Below the pieces are notes generated by a model that was given only the letters and a program-made list of their open reading frames with translations, was not told the origin of the DNA and ran no database searches. Positions 17,285 to 27,218 of a stretch of 55,589 nucleotides of DNA are shown here, one piece after another. The position numbers and the translations under genes are program-made. Within the stretch, counting starts at the first letter, position 1. Each line of letters begins with the position of its first letter. Origin of the DNA: an uncultured Candidatus Saccharibacteria bacterium (GTDB lineage Bacteria > Patescibacteriota > Minisyncoccia > Phycocordibacterales > Phycocordibacteraceae); contig CAZYDN010000001.1 in assembly GCA_964646315.1 (NCBI GenBank), forward strand, positions 4,650 to 60,238. Reading direction: 5' to 3'.

Positions 17285-19939
17285 CTACTTTTTCTTCTTT
17301 GCTTTTTTAAGCATCTTTGCTAAGTATTGTCCGGTGTAGGAGGCTTCAACTTCAGAAACTTCTTCGGGAGTTCCCTTTGCAATAACCTTACCTCCGCCCA
17401 CTCCACCTTCAGGACCAAAATCGATAATATGGTCCGCAGACTTAATGATGTCGAGATTGTGTTCAATCACCACCACAGTGTTGCTGCGGCGAACGAGCTC
17501 CTGAAGAATTTCAAGAAGCTTTCGCACATCCTCGTAGTGAAGTCCCACGGTAGGCTCGTCGAGCAAGTACAGCGTCTTCATACTAATAGGGCGATAGAGT
17601 TCGGACGCAATTTTCACACGTTGCGCCTCTCCACCAGAAAGCGTAGTAGCAGACTGGCCAAGCGTGAGGTACTCAAGACCGGTACGCATAAGGGCGTCCA
17701 GACGGTCATGAATCGCAGGAATGTCTTCAAAGAATTTTGCCGCTTCTTCCACGGTCATCTGCAACACATCGTGAATATTTTTATTGCGGAAGGTTACTTC
17801 GAGCGTTTCGCGCATAAAGCGCTTACCCATACACACGTCACAGGTGACGTACACCGTAGGCAGGAAGTGCATTTCTACCGCAATCACGCCGTTGCCCTGA
17901 CAAGACTCACAGCGTCCTCCCGCTACATTGAATGAAAAGCGTCCCGGCTTCCAGCCACGAGCTCGCGCTTCGTTTGTAGCCGCAAACAAATCGCGAATAT
18001 GCGTAAACGCTCCTGTGTAGGTGGCAGGGTTTGAGCGCGGCGTACGGCCAATAGGAGACTGATCAATAAGTACTACACGACCCACGTACTCAGTACCAGT
18101 AATACTCGCTACGTTTTCAAGTTTTGCTTCACGCTTTGCAAAACGCGCCGCTACGTTCTTGTGAAGCACATCGTAGAGGAACGTAGACTTACCAGAACCA
18201 GATACGCCGGTAATACACACCAGCTTTCCAAGCGGGATATCAATGTTTTGGTTCTTAAGATTATGAAGTGAGGCGCCACGGATTTTAATTGAGCCCTTCT
18301 CATTGGTGCGGCGCTCCGCCGGAACCTCAATCTCTGTTTCTCCACGTAAATACGAAAGCGTGAGTGAGCCTGAATCGTTCTTTGGTGCAATAAGCAATTC
18401 ATCAAGCCAGCCAGAGACTACGACATTCCCACCATGTGTTCCTGCCCCGGGACCAATGTCTACAATGTAGTCGGCTGCATAGATAGTGTCTTCGTCGTGC
18501 TCTACCACAAGGATAGTGTTTCCCAATTCCTTTAGGCGAAGAAGCGTTTCGATTAGACGGTCGTTGTCTCGCTGATGGAGTCCAATAGTAGGCTCGTCGA
18601 GCACGTAGAGCGCTCCTACCAGACCAGTACCAAGTTGTGACGCCAAACGAATACGTTGCGCCTCTCCACCTGAAAGCGTTGCCGCAGAGCGGTTTAGCGT
18701 GAGGTAGTCGAGGCCAACGTTCAGCATGAACTCAAGACGGCTCGTGATTTCACGAATAATAGGCGCTGCAATTTCTGCGCGCATTTCTGAAAGCTCAATA
18801 CTGTCCATGAACTCCTTTGCCTCACGTATAGAAAAATTAGTGAAATCCACCACGTGCTTACCCAGCGTCTTATCCTTCTTCCCTTTTATGTAGACACGCA
18901 AAGCTTCAGGGCGAAGACGCTTCCCTTCACAGACCGGGCAGACTTCGTCAGAGAAAAGTGATTTAGTTCCTAGACCATTACACGCGGGACAGGCGCCGTA
19001 CGGACTATTGAACGAGAAGAGTCGTGGCTCCACATCAGGAAAAGGCGTACCGTCTTCCGGACAAATAAACTTTGCTGAAAGTGTTTCGTTGCTTCCGTCG
19101 GCATGGAGAATTTTTACGAGACCGTCGCTTTCTTTGAGCGCGAGCTCCAGCGCCTCAGACAAACGCTCGCGTGCGGCGTCTGGTGAGCGCACAAACTCGC
19201 TCACAAATATCGAGTCCACAACGGCATCAATGTCGTGTCGCTTGTTTCTATCAAGCACGACTTTTTCGCGCAGCGACTTCGCCACTCCATCAATCATCAC
19301 CTTCTCGTACCCCTTACCGAGCAAATCGTAGAGCAATTGGTAGTACTCTCCCTTTCTGCCCACTACCACTGGTGCGTAGATAACCACCTGCGTCCTATCG
19401 AACTCAACACCCATAACCGTCTCAGTCTCACCAGTCTTCTTTGACTTAGAGGTGGTTTTAGCCAGCACACGGTCGAGCACCATACGAATCATCTCTTCTT
19501 TTGAAAGACGAGAGATGGGTACATCGTGATGAATACAGTATGGCTGACCCGCACGCGCATACAGCACGCGCAGGTAGTCGTAAATCTCCGTAACGGTGGC
19601 TACGGTTGAACGCGGATTATTCGAACGACTCTTTTGATCTATAGAAATAGCTGGAGAGAGGCCGGTGATTTCGTCTACGTCCGGCTTCTGCATTTGATTC
19701 AAGAACTGACGCGCGTACGCAGAGAGACTCTCCACATAGCGGCGCTGACCCTCGGCAAAAATAGTATCAAATGCAAGTGAGGACTTGCCTGAGCCCGAAA
19801 GCCCCGTGAGCACGGTCATAACACCACGCGGAATCTCAACCGACACATTCTTTAGGTTGTGGGTACGCGCACCTTTAACACCGATCCAATCGGCGCCTTG
19901 GTGTTGCTCGTGAGAGCTTACTTTCTTTGCTTTAGACAT
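17285..19939 (-). CDS. uvrA: excinuclease ABC subunit A
   Basis: 884 aa with duplicated ABC ATPase modules ([27 protein letters not shown] twice) and zinc-finger Cys clusters. Confidence 0.95.
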   Translation of the reverse strand: MSKAKKVSSHEQHQGADWIGVKGARTHNLKNVSVEIPRGVMTVLTGLSGSGKSSLAFDTIFAEGQRRYVESLSAYARQFLNQMQKPDVDEITGLSPAISIDQKSRSNNPRSTVATVTEIYDYLRVLYARAGQPYCIHHDVPISRLSKEEMIRMVLDRVLAKTTSKSKKTGETETVMGVEFDRTQVVIYAPVVVGRKGEYYQLLYDLLGKGYEKVMIDGVAKSLREKVVLDRNKRHDIDAVVDSIFVSEFVRSPDAARERLSEALELALKESDGLVKILHADGSNETLSAKFICPEDGTPFPDVEPRLFSFNSPYGACPACNGLGTKSLFSDEVCPVCEGKRLRPEALRVYIKGKKDKTLGKHVVDFTNFSIREAKEFMDSIELSEMRAEIAAPIIREITSRLEFMLNVGLDYLTLNRSAATLSGGEAQRIRLASQLGTGLVGALYVLDEPTIGLHQRDNDRLIETLLRLKELGNTILVVEHDEDTIYAADYIVDIGPGAGTHGGNVVVSGWLDELLIAPKNDSGSLTLSYLRGETEIEVPAERRTNEKGSIKIRGASLHNLKNQNIDIPLGKLVCITGVSGSGKSTFLYDVLHKNVAARFAKREAKLENVASITGTEYVGRVVLIDQSPIGRTPRSNPATYTGAFTHIRDLFAATNEARARGWKPGRFSFNVAGGRCESCQGNGVIAVEMHFLPTVYVTCDVCMGKRFMRETLEVTFRNKNIHDVLQMTVEEAAKFFEDIPAIHDRLDALMRTGLEYLTLGQSATTLSGGEAQRVKIASELYRPISMKTLYLLDEPTVGLHYEDVRKLLEILQELVRRSNTVVVIEHNLDIIKSADHIIDFGPEGGVGGGKVIAKGTPEEVSEVEASYTGQYLAKMLKKAKKKK

Positions 19940-20032
19940 TGTTTATGGAAATGCCCGATCCTTGGCGGGACCGGTACATTAGCCACTTTAGCACGGAGCG
20001 TATGTGGATACTATGAGGCAGTATTTCGAAGC

Positions 20033-20446
20033 CTATGCCGCTGGAGCAGCTTGGGCTACTTCTTCAGTGATTGCAGGGAGAAGTACTTCAATTTTCGAAA
20101 TGATTTCTTCGATAGCCACTTCTGCTTTTACAAGGTAGTCGTTTGCCCCAAGTGATTTAGCACGCTCAATATCCTTTTGCTGACCTAGGTTTGAAACAAT
20201 GATAACGGGAGTGTCCTTCTCAGGTCCCGCATGCCCTCGGATATTCTCGAGCACTGCAAAGCCGTCCATTGTAGGAAGCATGAGGTCCAGAAGCACCATG
20301 GCTGGCTTGTACTGGTCAAAAAGCGATATTGCTTCATTCCCATCGTTTGCATAAAGAGTTTGATACTTTCCGGCAAGCGTGTGGCCCAGGAGATTTTTAA
20401 GGATAGGATCGTCCTCGACAACGAGAATAAACTTGGTAGCAGTCAT
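20033..20446 (-). CDS. response regulator, receiver domain only
   Basis: 137 aa, CheY-like (ILVVEDD, LLDLMLPTMDG, and a K in the LVKA motif). No output domain. Confidence 0.85.
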   Translation of the reverse strand: MTATKFILVVEDDPILKNLLGHTLAGKYQTLYANDGNEAISLFDQYKPAMVLLDLMLPTMDGFAVLENIRGHAGPEKDTPVIIVSNLGQQKDIERAKSLGANDYLVKAEVAIEEIISKIEVLLPAITEEVAQAAPAA

Positions 20447-20470
20447 ATGTCGTAAGTATACCAGGATTCT

Positions 20471-21565
20471 CTATTGCACAACGGGTAGCGACAAGGTAAA
20501 AGTCGTGCCTGGAGTCTCTGTATTTGAGACGAAAGTCAGGTCTCCGCCATGGTCGGTAGCTATCGTGCGAGCAATATAGAGCCCCAAACCGTTACCGCCG
20601 TTTTGCATCGTGATAGCATTTTGCGCTCGATAGAACCGTTCAAAAATATTGTCTTTGTCCTTGTCTCCAATACCAATACCCGTGTCCCGCACTCGCAAGT
20701 AAACCTGAGCACCCTTTTGCTCACCGGAAATACGAACGGAACCATTCTCAGGAGTGTACCGAATAGCATTCTCGATAAGGTTATTGAGAATCCACTTAAT
20801 GCGCTGTCTATCAGCCTTAACTTGAGGTAAGGTCCCTCCCGTTTTTTCCACATACAGCGTTACCTTCGACTTTTGTGCGAGCGGCATAAAGTCGTTCACC
20901 ACTTCTTCTGCCACACTCTCCAAATCTACGGGAGTAAAAGCATATTTATATTTTCCAGACTCGATAGAAGAAATATCAAGAAGGGTGCCCACAATAGCCA
21001 CAAGCTCGTGACTCTTGTCGGTAGCGCTTTTCACAAGTGCTTTATGCTCCTCACTCATATCACTCTTTTCAAGAGCTTCCAGGGCCCACCGAATACCGGT
21101 GAGTGGCGTGCGCAGCTGGTGCGCAGCGGTAGAAATAAAATCTGACTTTACGCGTGATACTTCCACATCTTTCTTGTGCGCCTCATCTACCCGATCCACG
21201 AATCGTCCAAACACACTCACCAGTTTGCGCAGTTCCGAAGGAGCAGGAGGAAGTGCAGGAAGGGGTAATTTTTCTCCGCGCTCTGCAAACGCATCCATTG
21301 CGTTCACAATACCCTTGAGAGGTTTTGCTACGAGACTTTGGAGTATCCAGTACAAGGAAGCGAGAAGTACCGTGAGCACAGTGAGCGTACCAATAATTTG
21401 TGCGGCAAACAGAGTGTGAATGGCAGCTTCAGACTCAGCCACCAAGTTTATAGGAAATAAAACCGAAAGCTGGTCGTGGAGGAAGAGGAACGAGGGGAGA
21501 ATGACGGCAAACGAAGAGAGTAGAATTACCAACAGCAGGACTGCCAGCAGCATGCGAAGACTCAT
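20471..21565 (-). CDS. sensor histidine kinase
   Basis: TM region, HAMP-like segment, H-box FISTAAHQLRTPL, and HATPase motifs DTGIGI and GGNGLGLYI. Confidence 0.85.
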   Translation of the reverse strand: MSLRMLLAVLLLVILLSSFAVILPSFLFLHDQLSVLFPINLVAESEAAIHTLFAAQIIGTLTVLTVLLASLYWILQSLVAKPLKGIVNAMDAFAERGEKLPLPALPPAPSELRKLVSVFGRFVDRVDEAHKKDVEVSRVKSDFISTAAHQLRTPLTGIRWALEALEKSDMSEEHKALVKSATDKSHELVAIVGTLLDISSIESGKYKYAFTPVDLESVAEEVVNDFMPLAQKSKVTLYVEKTGGTLPQVKADRQRIKWILNNLIENAIRYTPENGSVRISGEQKGAQVYLRVRDTGIGIGDKDKDNIFERFYRAQNAITMQNGGNGLGLYIARTIATDHGGDLTFVSNTETPGTTFTLSLPVVQ

Positions 21566-21587
21566 ATGTTCTTCATGATATCACGAC

Positions 21588-23660
21588 CTACCTTCCCCAT
21601 CGCTTTTTCTGAGTGGGCTTTTTTACTTTAGACACCGGCACCTCCTTACCCTCTAGTCGGTACAGCTCATCACGAAGAATGGCGGCAGTTTCAAAATCGA
21701 GTGCTTCTACCGCCTCTCCCATTTGTGCACGCTTGTTTGCAATAAACGCCTTAGGGTCTTCTTCGTACAGCTTACTATCAAGCACAAGTAGTGAATCCAC
21801 CGTTTTCTGATGCTCAGAGCGCATACTTTCTGCGATGTCGCGAATCTCTTTCTTAATAGTTATAGGAGTAATTCCATGCTCTTTGTTGTATGCCAGCTGG
21901 ATAGTGCGACGACGCTCAGTTTCCCCTATCGCGCGTTCCATGGAGCCTGTCATGACGTCTGCATACAAAATCACCCTGCCAAGCACATTACGTGCAGCGC
22001 GTCCGATGGTTTGAATAAGCGAAGTATCGGAGCGGAGAAATCCTTCCTTGTCGGCATCGAGAATTCCCACCAGCTCTACCTCAGGCAAGTCGAGTCCTTC
22101 ACGAAGAAGGTTAACTCCCACCAGCACGTCAAACATACCCTTGCGGAAGGCGGTGAGGATATCAATACGCTCAATGGTCTTTATATCGCTATGCAGGTAT
22201 TCCGCTTTCATTCCCTTTTCTTTAAGGAACTCTGAAAGGTCTTCTGCCATTTGCTTGGTGAGCGTTGTCGCAAGTACACGCCCCCCACCCTTAATAGTGA
22301 GTTCTGATTCGTATATAAAGTCCGCTATCTGACCCTTGTACGTGTCGGTTCCTGTAATTGGCCGCACAACAAGCTCTGGATCAATAAGACCTGTAGGACG
22401 AATAATCTGCTCTGCAACTTGGCCACCAGGCGGAACGCTTTTCTCCTTTTCATATTTACCCGGAGTCGCAGAAGTGAAAATCACCTGACCGATACGCTCT
22501 TCAAATTCCTCGAAACGGAGTGGTCGGTTGTCGCGCGCAGAAGGTAGACGGAACCCGTACTCAATCAAAATATCTTTGCGAGATTTATCGCCTGCATACA
22601 TGCCGCCTATTTGCGTCACCGTAACGTGTGACTCGTCTATGATAGTGAGGAAATCCGCAGAACCGTCCTTCTTATGAGGGAAATACGAAAGCAGGGTGTG
22701 GGGAGCCTCTCCAGGAGCACGTCCATCAAAGTGTCGTGAGTAGTTCTCAATGCCGTTGGTGTATCCTACCTCGCGAATCATAGCCAAGTCGTGTGTAGTG
22801 CGACGCTTCAAGCGCTCGTGCTCTAGTACTTTTTCTTCACGCTTGAGCTCTGCCAAGCGTTCATCGAGCTCGTGCCTAATGTCCTCTACTGCTCGGTTAC
22901 GGTCGTCTTCGTTGGATACGAAGTGCTTAGCTGGAAATACAAACAATGACTCAGGCTCATTTATTTTTTCACGAGATACCGCGTCTAGGCATTCAATGCG
23001 ACTGATATGGTCCTCATCAAATCCAATGCGGTAGAGTGCGCGCTCGTTTACCGGCATAAGCTCCACCATATTCCCTACCGCGCGAAGCTGGCCGGGTGAG
23101 AGATCTGCGGTAGTGCGCGTGAAGTGAATACCGATGAGTTTGCGGATAAGAGACGCTCGGTCTTCCTTAGCACCTACCTCAAGCCGCACATGGACTTTTT
23201 CGTATTGCTCAGGTGAACCAAGACCATAAATAGCAGAGACGGACGCCACAATAACGACGTCCTTACGTGTAAGGAGTGCTTGTGTAGCTGCGTGGCGCAG
23301 TCTATCAATCTCAGCGTTAATCTGCGCTTCTTTCTCAATATAGGTATCGGATCCTGCCATATAGGCTTCTGGCTGGTAATAGTCGTAGTAGGAAACAAAG
23401 TAGTGCACCGCATTTTCTGGAAAGAATTCCTTATATTCCTGCGCAAGCTGTGCCGCGAGCGTCTTGTTGTGAGCGAGCACAAGCGTGGGCTTGTCGAAAT
23501 TTGCAATAACGTTTGCGGCAGTGAACGTTTTACCCGAACCCGTAACCCCAAGCAGTGTTTGATGCTTGAGTCCTTTTTTGAGGCCGTCAGTGAGCTTGGC
23601 TATGGCTGCCGGCTGGTCACCTGCTGCGGGGAATGGTGTATGAAGCTTGAAATTCGCCAT
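21588..23660 (-). CDS. uvrB: excinuclease ABC subunit B
   Basis: 690 aa with GVTGSGKT, DESH, helicase motifs and a C-terminal UVR domain (FETAAILRDEL). Confidence 0.95.
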   Translation of the reverse strand: MANFKLHTPFPAAGDQPAAIAKLTDGLKKGLKHQTLLGVTGSGKTFTAANVIANFDKPTLVLAHNKTLAAQLAQEYKEFFPENAVHYFVSYYDYYQPEAYMAGSDTYIEKEAQINAEIDRLRHAATQALLTRKDVVIVASVSAIYGLGSPEQYEKVHVRLEVGAKEDRASLIRKLIGIHFTRTTADLSPGQLRAVGNMVELMPVNERALYRIGFDEDHISRIECLDAVSREKINEPESLFVFPAKHFVSNEDDRNRAVEDIRHELDERLAELKREEKVLEHERLKRRTTHDLAMIREVGYTNGIENYSRHFDGRAPGEAPHTLLSYFPHKKDGSADFLTIIDESHVTVTQIGGMYAGDKSRKDILIEYGFRLPSARDNRPLRFEEFEERIGQVIFTSATPGKYEKEKSVPPGGQVAEQIIRPTGLIDPELVVRPITGTDTYKGQIADFIYESELTIKGGGRVLATTLTKQMAEDLSEFLKEKGMKAEYLHSDIKTIERIDILTAFRKGMFDVLVGVNLLREGLDLPEVELVGILDADKEGFLRSDTSLIQTIGRAARNVLGRVILYADVMTGSMERAIGETERRRTIQLAYNKEHGITPITIKKEIRDIAESMRSEHQKTVDSLLVLDSKLYEEDPKAFIANKRAQMGEAVEALDFETAAILRDELYRLEGKEVPVSKVKKPTQKKRWGR

Positions 23661-23737
23661 ATATAGGAAGACGATACCATATTTGGCATGAAGACTATTC
23701 AGGTGTATACCATTTCAGGAACGGTAAGGAGGTACCG

Positions 23738-24127
23738 ATGCTTTATATTGATTATCGCAAAACCTTCGGGCGAGCTCCCAATTTGAAAGCTCTCTGGGAA
23801 AGGATGCTGAAATTTTCGACTGAAGAACATTGCAATGTTGTTCTCATAAGCGCCAAACCATTTTTAATCAACCACTATGGGACCGTTTCAGAAGAGTCCG
23901 TGGGAGACCTTGGATTGGTCCATCCTCTGCAAGCTCAAGAGGAGGAGGCGCTCTGGCCGGAACTTATTCTGGTTGAGAGACTCGTTCGTGAGGGGACATT
24001 GAGCGAGGAGCAAATCATCGCAATTGATGCTCGCAGTATTGGTCTCCTGAAAATTATTGATAAGGTTTCCGAGATATACGACTCGGAGATTTCAAGTGAA
24101 CTGCTGAAACGTAAGCTTCTAAATTAA
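23738..24127 (+). CDS. hypothetical protein
   Basis: Strong RBS AAGGAGG 6 nt before the ATG, and a terminator right after the stop. Confidence 0.55.
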   Translation: MLYIDYRKTFGRAPNLKALWERMLKFSTEEHCNVVLISAKPFLINHYGTVSEESVGDLGLVHPLQAQEEEALWPELILVERLVREGTLSEEQIIAIDARSIGLLKIIDKVSEIYDSEISSELLKRKLLN

Positions 24128-24154
24128 GGGGTCGATTCTTTTAGAATCGACCCC
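24128..24154. terminator. bidirectional terminator between convergent genes
   Basis: GGGGTCGATTCT-TTT-AGAATCGACCCC, a perfect 12-bp stem. Confidence 0.7.
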
Positions 24155-24164
24155 TCCTGCATTC

Positions 24165-25400
24165 CTACCCGTAATACTCGCGCACAAACTCTGCTCGATA
24201 CTCTGCAAATCGCCCTTCCTCAATTGCTTCGCGAGCGCCGTCCACTAAACGTGTAAGGAACGCCAGGTTATGGAGGGACGCAATAATTTGCCCAAGCATT
24301 TCTCCACTGCGAAGTTGGTGTGCCAAGTACGCCATAGTAAATGTTTCGCTTCCGTTTGCGGGTGTTCCTGGAAGGGACAACTCACCAAGCGTAGTGAAAT
24401 CATTCTTCCACTTCTCATTCATTACGTTTACGATACCGCTTTTTGTATATAGCACCCCATGACGGCCATGACGTGTAGGCGACACACAATCGAACGTATC
24501 AACTCCATAGGAAATACCAAGAAGCAGGTCCCCTGGTTCGCCCACCCCAAGCCCATGACGTGGTAATGTCTCCGGTAACTCTTCGAGAGCTTCAAGGGTG
24601 AGGGTGAGCATACTCTCACCAAATTTCTTACTAAACGAACCGCCAAGACCAAATCCATCAAACCCCATCTCAGCTATGGCTTTAGTACTCTCCCGTCTCA
24701 AGTCTTCAAACTGTCCTCCTTGGGCGATGCCGTAAATGGCCTGCGCTCGATTTGCTTCGATGTTCTGACGGTGTGCCTTGAGACTTCGCTCGGCCCATCT
24801 GTGGGTCCGATACATTGCTTCTTTTTGGTACTCATAGGGAGCGTTTGGAGAGGTGCATTCATCAAACGCAAAGAAGATATCTGCTCCGAGCTTGTGTTGA
24901 ATCTCTACAGAACGCTCCGGCGTGAAGCGATGCACAGAGCCATCTATGTGTGAGGTGAACGTAACCCCTTCCTCGTCGATGATGGCAAGCTGCCCGTGCT
25001 GGCTTTGCACGTCTTCGTCAAACATAGTAACGCCCTGATCGGTGGCGTTTTTTTCTTCTTCAGAAACGGTTATGAAATTCTTTCCAAATCCAGCGCCAAG
25101 TGAAAATACTTGGAACCCGCCCGAGTCAGAAATAGTAGGACCACTCCACCCCATAAATTTTCCGAGTCCTCCCGCTTGCGCAACGAGCTCTTCGCCCGGC
25201 TGCAGATATAGGTGATAGGTATTGGCGAGCACCACCTGAGACCCGAGCGTCGCAAGCTGGGTAGGAAGAACCCCTTTGACACCGGCCTTTGTGCCCACCG
25301 GCACAAAGGCCGGTGTCCGAATGTCTCCGTGAGGCGTAGACAAAACACCGGTTCTTGCCTTCCCCTCACGGGCCAAAATACTGAAACTAAGCGGGCGCAT
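24165..25400 (-). CDS. tgt: queuine tRNA-ribosyltransferase
   Basis: TPAFVPVGT, LANTYHL and DCVSPTRHGRHG motifs. Start taken at MRPLSFS. Confidence 0.9.
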   Translation of the reverse strand: MRPLSFSILAREGKARTGVLSTPHGDIRTPAFVPVGTKAGVKGVLPTQLATLGSQVVLANTYHLYLQPGEELVAQAGGLGKFMGWSGPTISDSGGFQVFSLGAGFGKNFITVSEEEKNATDQGVTMFDEDVQSQHGQLAIIDEEGVTFTSHIDGSVHRFTPERSVEIQHKLGADIFFAFDECTSPNAPYEYQKEAMYRTHRWAERSLKAHRQNIEANRAQAIYGIAQGGQFEDLRRESTKAIAEMGFDGFGLGGSFSKKFGESMLTLTLEALEELPETLPRHGLGVGEPGDLLLGISYGVDTFDCVSPTRHGRHGVLYTKSGIVNVMNEKWKNDFTTLGELSLPGTPANGSETFTMAYLAHQLRSGEMLGQIIASLHNLAFLTRLVDGAREAIEEGRFAEYRAEFVREYYG

Positions 25401-25563
25401 ATACAAACCACCGTAGGCGGAAAGGGCCAAATTAGCAAGTGTTTAGGGCTTTCCGGCAATATTGACAAATAATAATTAAAGGTATATACTATATATCAGT
25501 TACAACTGCTCTTTCCAGTCTATCGGAATAGCAGCGAATTCAATCTCTTTGGGAGTTACCCTC

Positions 25564-26235
25564 ATGAAATTCGTTTCGCGTCTGTTGAGGGTTTCGGCCC
25601 TCTCCGCTACGATGCTCACGCTCGCAGCGTGCGCTTCGACCAACACCACCATGAAGCAAGTCGCTTCGCAGCCGCTGCCTCCTCTGGAGACCTCGGCTGA
25701 AGCGGCCACCTTCAAGTGGCAGCCCAGCATCGGCTTCGGATACCAAATCCACAACGGCTTCGACAGTCGCCATGTCCTCCGGGAAGATGGCAATCCCACC
25801 TACACGGAATCCTCGGCCGTCGCCCAAATCGCTGGGCGGTGCGCCAAGGGCATCCAGGACAACCTGAAAGGGATTGCCTGGGTCCAACTGAAGGAGACGG
25901 TGAAGAGCACGACGGCGCAAACCGCAGGCTCAGCCGTCGGCGCGCTCATCGGGTTCGCCAGTCCTTCCATGGACACGATTCGGCAAGTTGCCGGACTCAC
26001 CGGTGGCACGGCTGCTGGCGGCGCCATCTACGGCTCCGACCTGCAACTCCGGATCATCATTGAGTCCGGGTACGCGACCTGCGTGATGGAGCGCGTCAAG
26101 AAGGAGCCGTCGCTCCTCGGACGCGTCACCGTCTTCCCGCTGCCGCTGCTGAAGTACGCTGCGCCGACGCCTCTGGCGCCCGGCGTGCCGGAACCGAACC
26201 GCGTCGACATGGACGAACAGTCCGGCGTCCAATAG
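25564..26235 (+). CDS. lipoprotein, hypothetical, in a compositionally atypical high-GC segment
   Basis: MKFVSRLLRVSALSATMLTLAAC is a signal peptide plus lipobox. GC-rich third codon positions are visible by eye. Many spurious overlapping ORFs on both strands are typical of high-GC DNA. Confidence 0.6.
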   Translation: MKFVSRLLRVSALSATMLTLAACASTNTTMKQVASQPLPPLETSAEAATFKWQPSIGFGYQIHNGFDSRHVLREDGNPTYTESSAVAQIAGRCAKGIQDNLKGIAWVQLKETVKSTTAQTAGSAVGALIGFASPSMDTIRQVAGLTGGTAAGGAIYGSDLQLRIIIESGYATCVMERVKKEPSLLGRVTVFPLPLLKYAAPTPLAPGVPEPNRVDMDEQSGVQ

Positions 26236-26264
26236 ACTAAACAACTTGGCCTAGTGCCAAAAAA

Positions 26265-26296
26265 CATCGCGCGCGCTCCCTAGGGAACGCGCGCGA
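26265..26296. terminator. bidirectional terminator
   Basis: ATCGCGCGCG...CGCGCGCGAT stem with an inner TCCC/GGGA pairing, flanked by an A-run upstream and a T-run downstream. It lies between convergent genes. Confidence 0.75.
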
Positions 26297-26321
26297 TATC
26301 TTTTTATACTTTCAAGAGAAA

Positions 26322-26870
26322 CTATTTTACGTCCAGAAGCTCAACTTCGAAGATGAGTGTTGCGTTTGGTGGAATTACACCGCCCGCGCCCTGACTACCG
26401 TATCCCATGGAAGGTGGAATAATGAGCTGACGCTTTCCGCCAACCTTCATACCAGCAACCCCTTCGTCCCATCCGCGAATTACCTGACCCGCGCCAAGCT
26501 GGAAGGTGAACGGCTGACCATGACTCTTAGAAGAATCGAAAACCGTTCCGTCTGGGAGCATACCCACATAGTGAACCGTCACTGACGTGCCTGCAGTAGC
26601 CACTGCACCCGTACCAACCACCTCGTCGGTTGCAGTAAGAGTTGTAGGAAGCTCAGTTGGTAGTGGAGCTCCTTGAGGAGCGGCGTCGTTCGGATTCATA
26701 GAAGTTGGTGCAGTTGAATTAGTCGGTAATGTAGTGGTAGCAAATTGAGGATCACCCTCAGTTGCCGTCTTTGGGGAAATAAACGCAAGAATGTTTCCTC
26801 CAAAGAATAGGAGTCCAACCGCAACAATGACGGCAAGTGCGATTGCGACTCCGGTGCCAGTGACTTTCAT
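26322..26870 (-). CDS. FKBP-type peptidyl-prolyl cis-trans isomerase, membrane-anchored/secreted
   Basis: VHYVGMLPDGTVFDSS, GAGQVIRGWDEG, IPPNATLIFEVELLDV. Confidence 0.85.
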   Translation of the reverse strand: MKVTGTGVAIALAVIVAVGLLFFGGNILAFISPKTATEGDPQFATTTLPTNSTAPTSMNPNDAAPQGAPLPTELPTTLTATDEVVGTGAVATAGTSVTVHYVGMLPDGTVFDSSKSHGQPFTFQLGAGQVIRGWDEGVAGMKVGGKRQLIIPPSMGYGSQGAGGVIPPNATLIFEVELLDVK

Positions 26871-26900
26871 AGGCGATTGTAAGAGTAAGCTTTTATACGG

Positions 26901-27218
26901 TTAGTCGATGTCCGACACTGCCAGTATATCATCTGACAGGGTCTCTACAGCCTCCTGCACGGCGGTCTCTGCTCCTGGTACGCGGTTGAGTAAAAACGAC
27001 TGGAGCTCCTCCTCGTCCACATTCTTTTCCAAGAGCACTGAGAACTCCTCGCGAGTTGCCTCGTCCATATTTTCAATCATGCGCACCAATGAACTTTTAA
27101 AGATGAGTGAGTTTAGATCAAGCAACAACTCTTCTTGCTCTTTCATTGGCAGTGCTGAAATATCAAGCGCCGCTACTAATTTCTCAAACCTTGTAGTGTC
27201 AGTCATACTTACGTGCAT
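26901..27218 (-). CDS. small acidic hypothetical protein (DUF5663-like)
   Basis: 105 aa. The pattern LPMKEQEELLLDLNSLIFKSSLVRMIENMDEATREEF resembles DUF5663 proteins common in CPR genomes. The family assignment is from memory. Confidence 0.5.
   Translation of the reverse strand: MHVSMTDTTRFEKLVAALDISALPMKEQEELLLDLNSLIFKSSLVRMIENMDEATREEFSVLLEKNVDEEELQSFLLNRVPGAETAVQEAVETLSDDILAVSDID

Noticed and set aside
25500-26267. Five overlapping ORFs of 75-126 aa on both strands
   Set aside because: They are by-products of the high-GC lipoprotein gene. Only 25564..26235 has a signal peptide with lipobox and a terminator.
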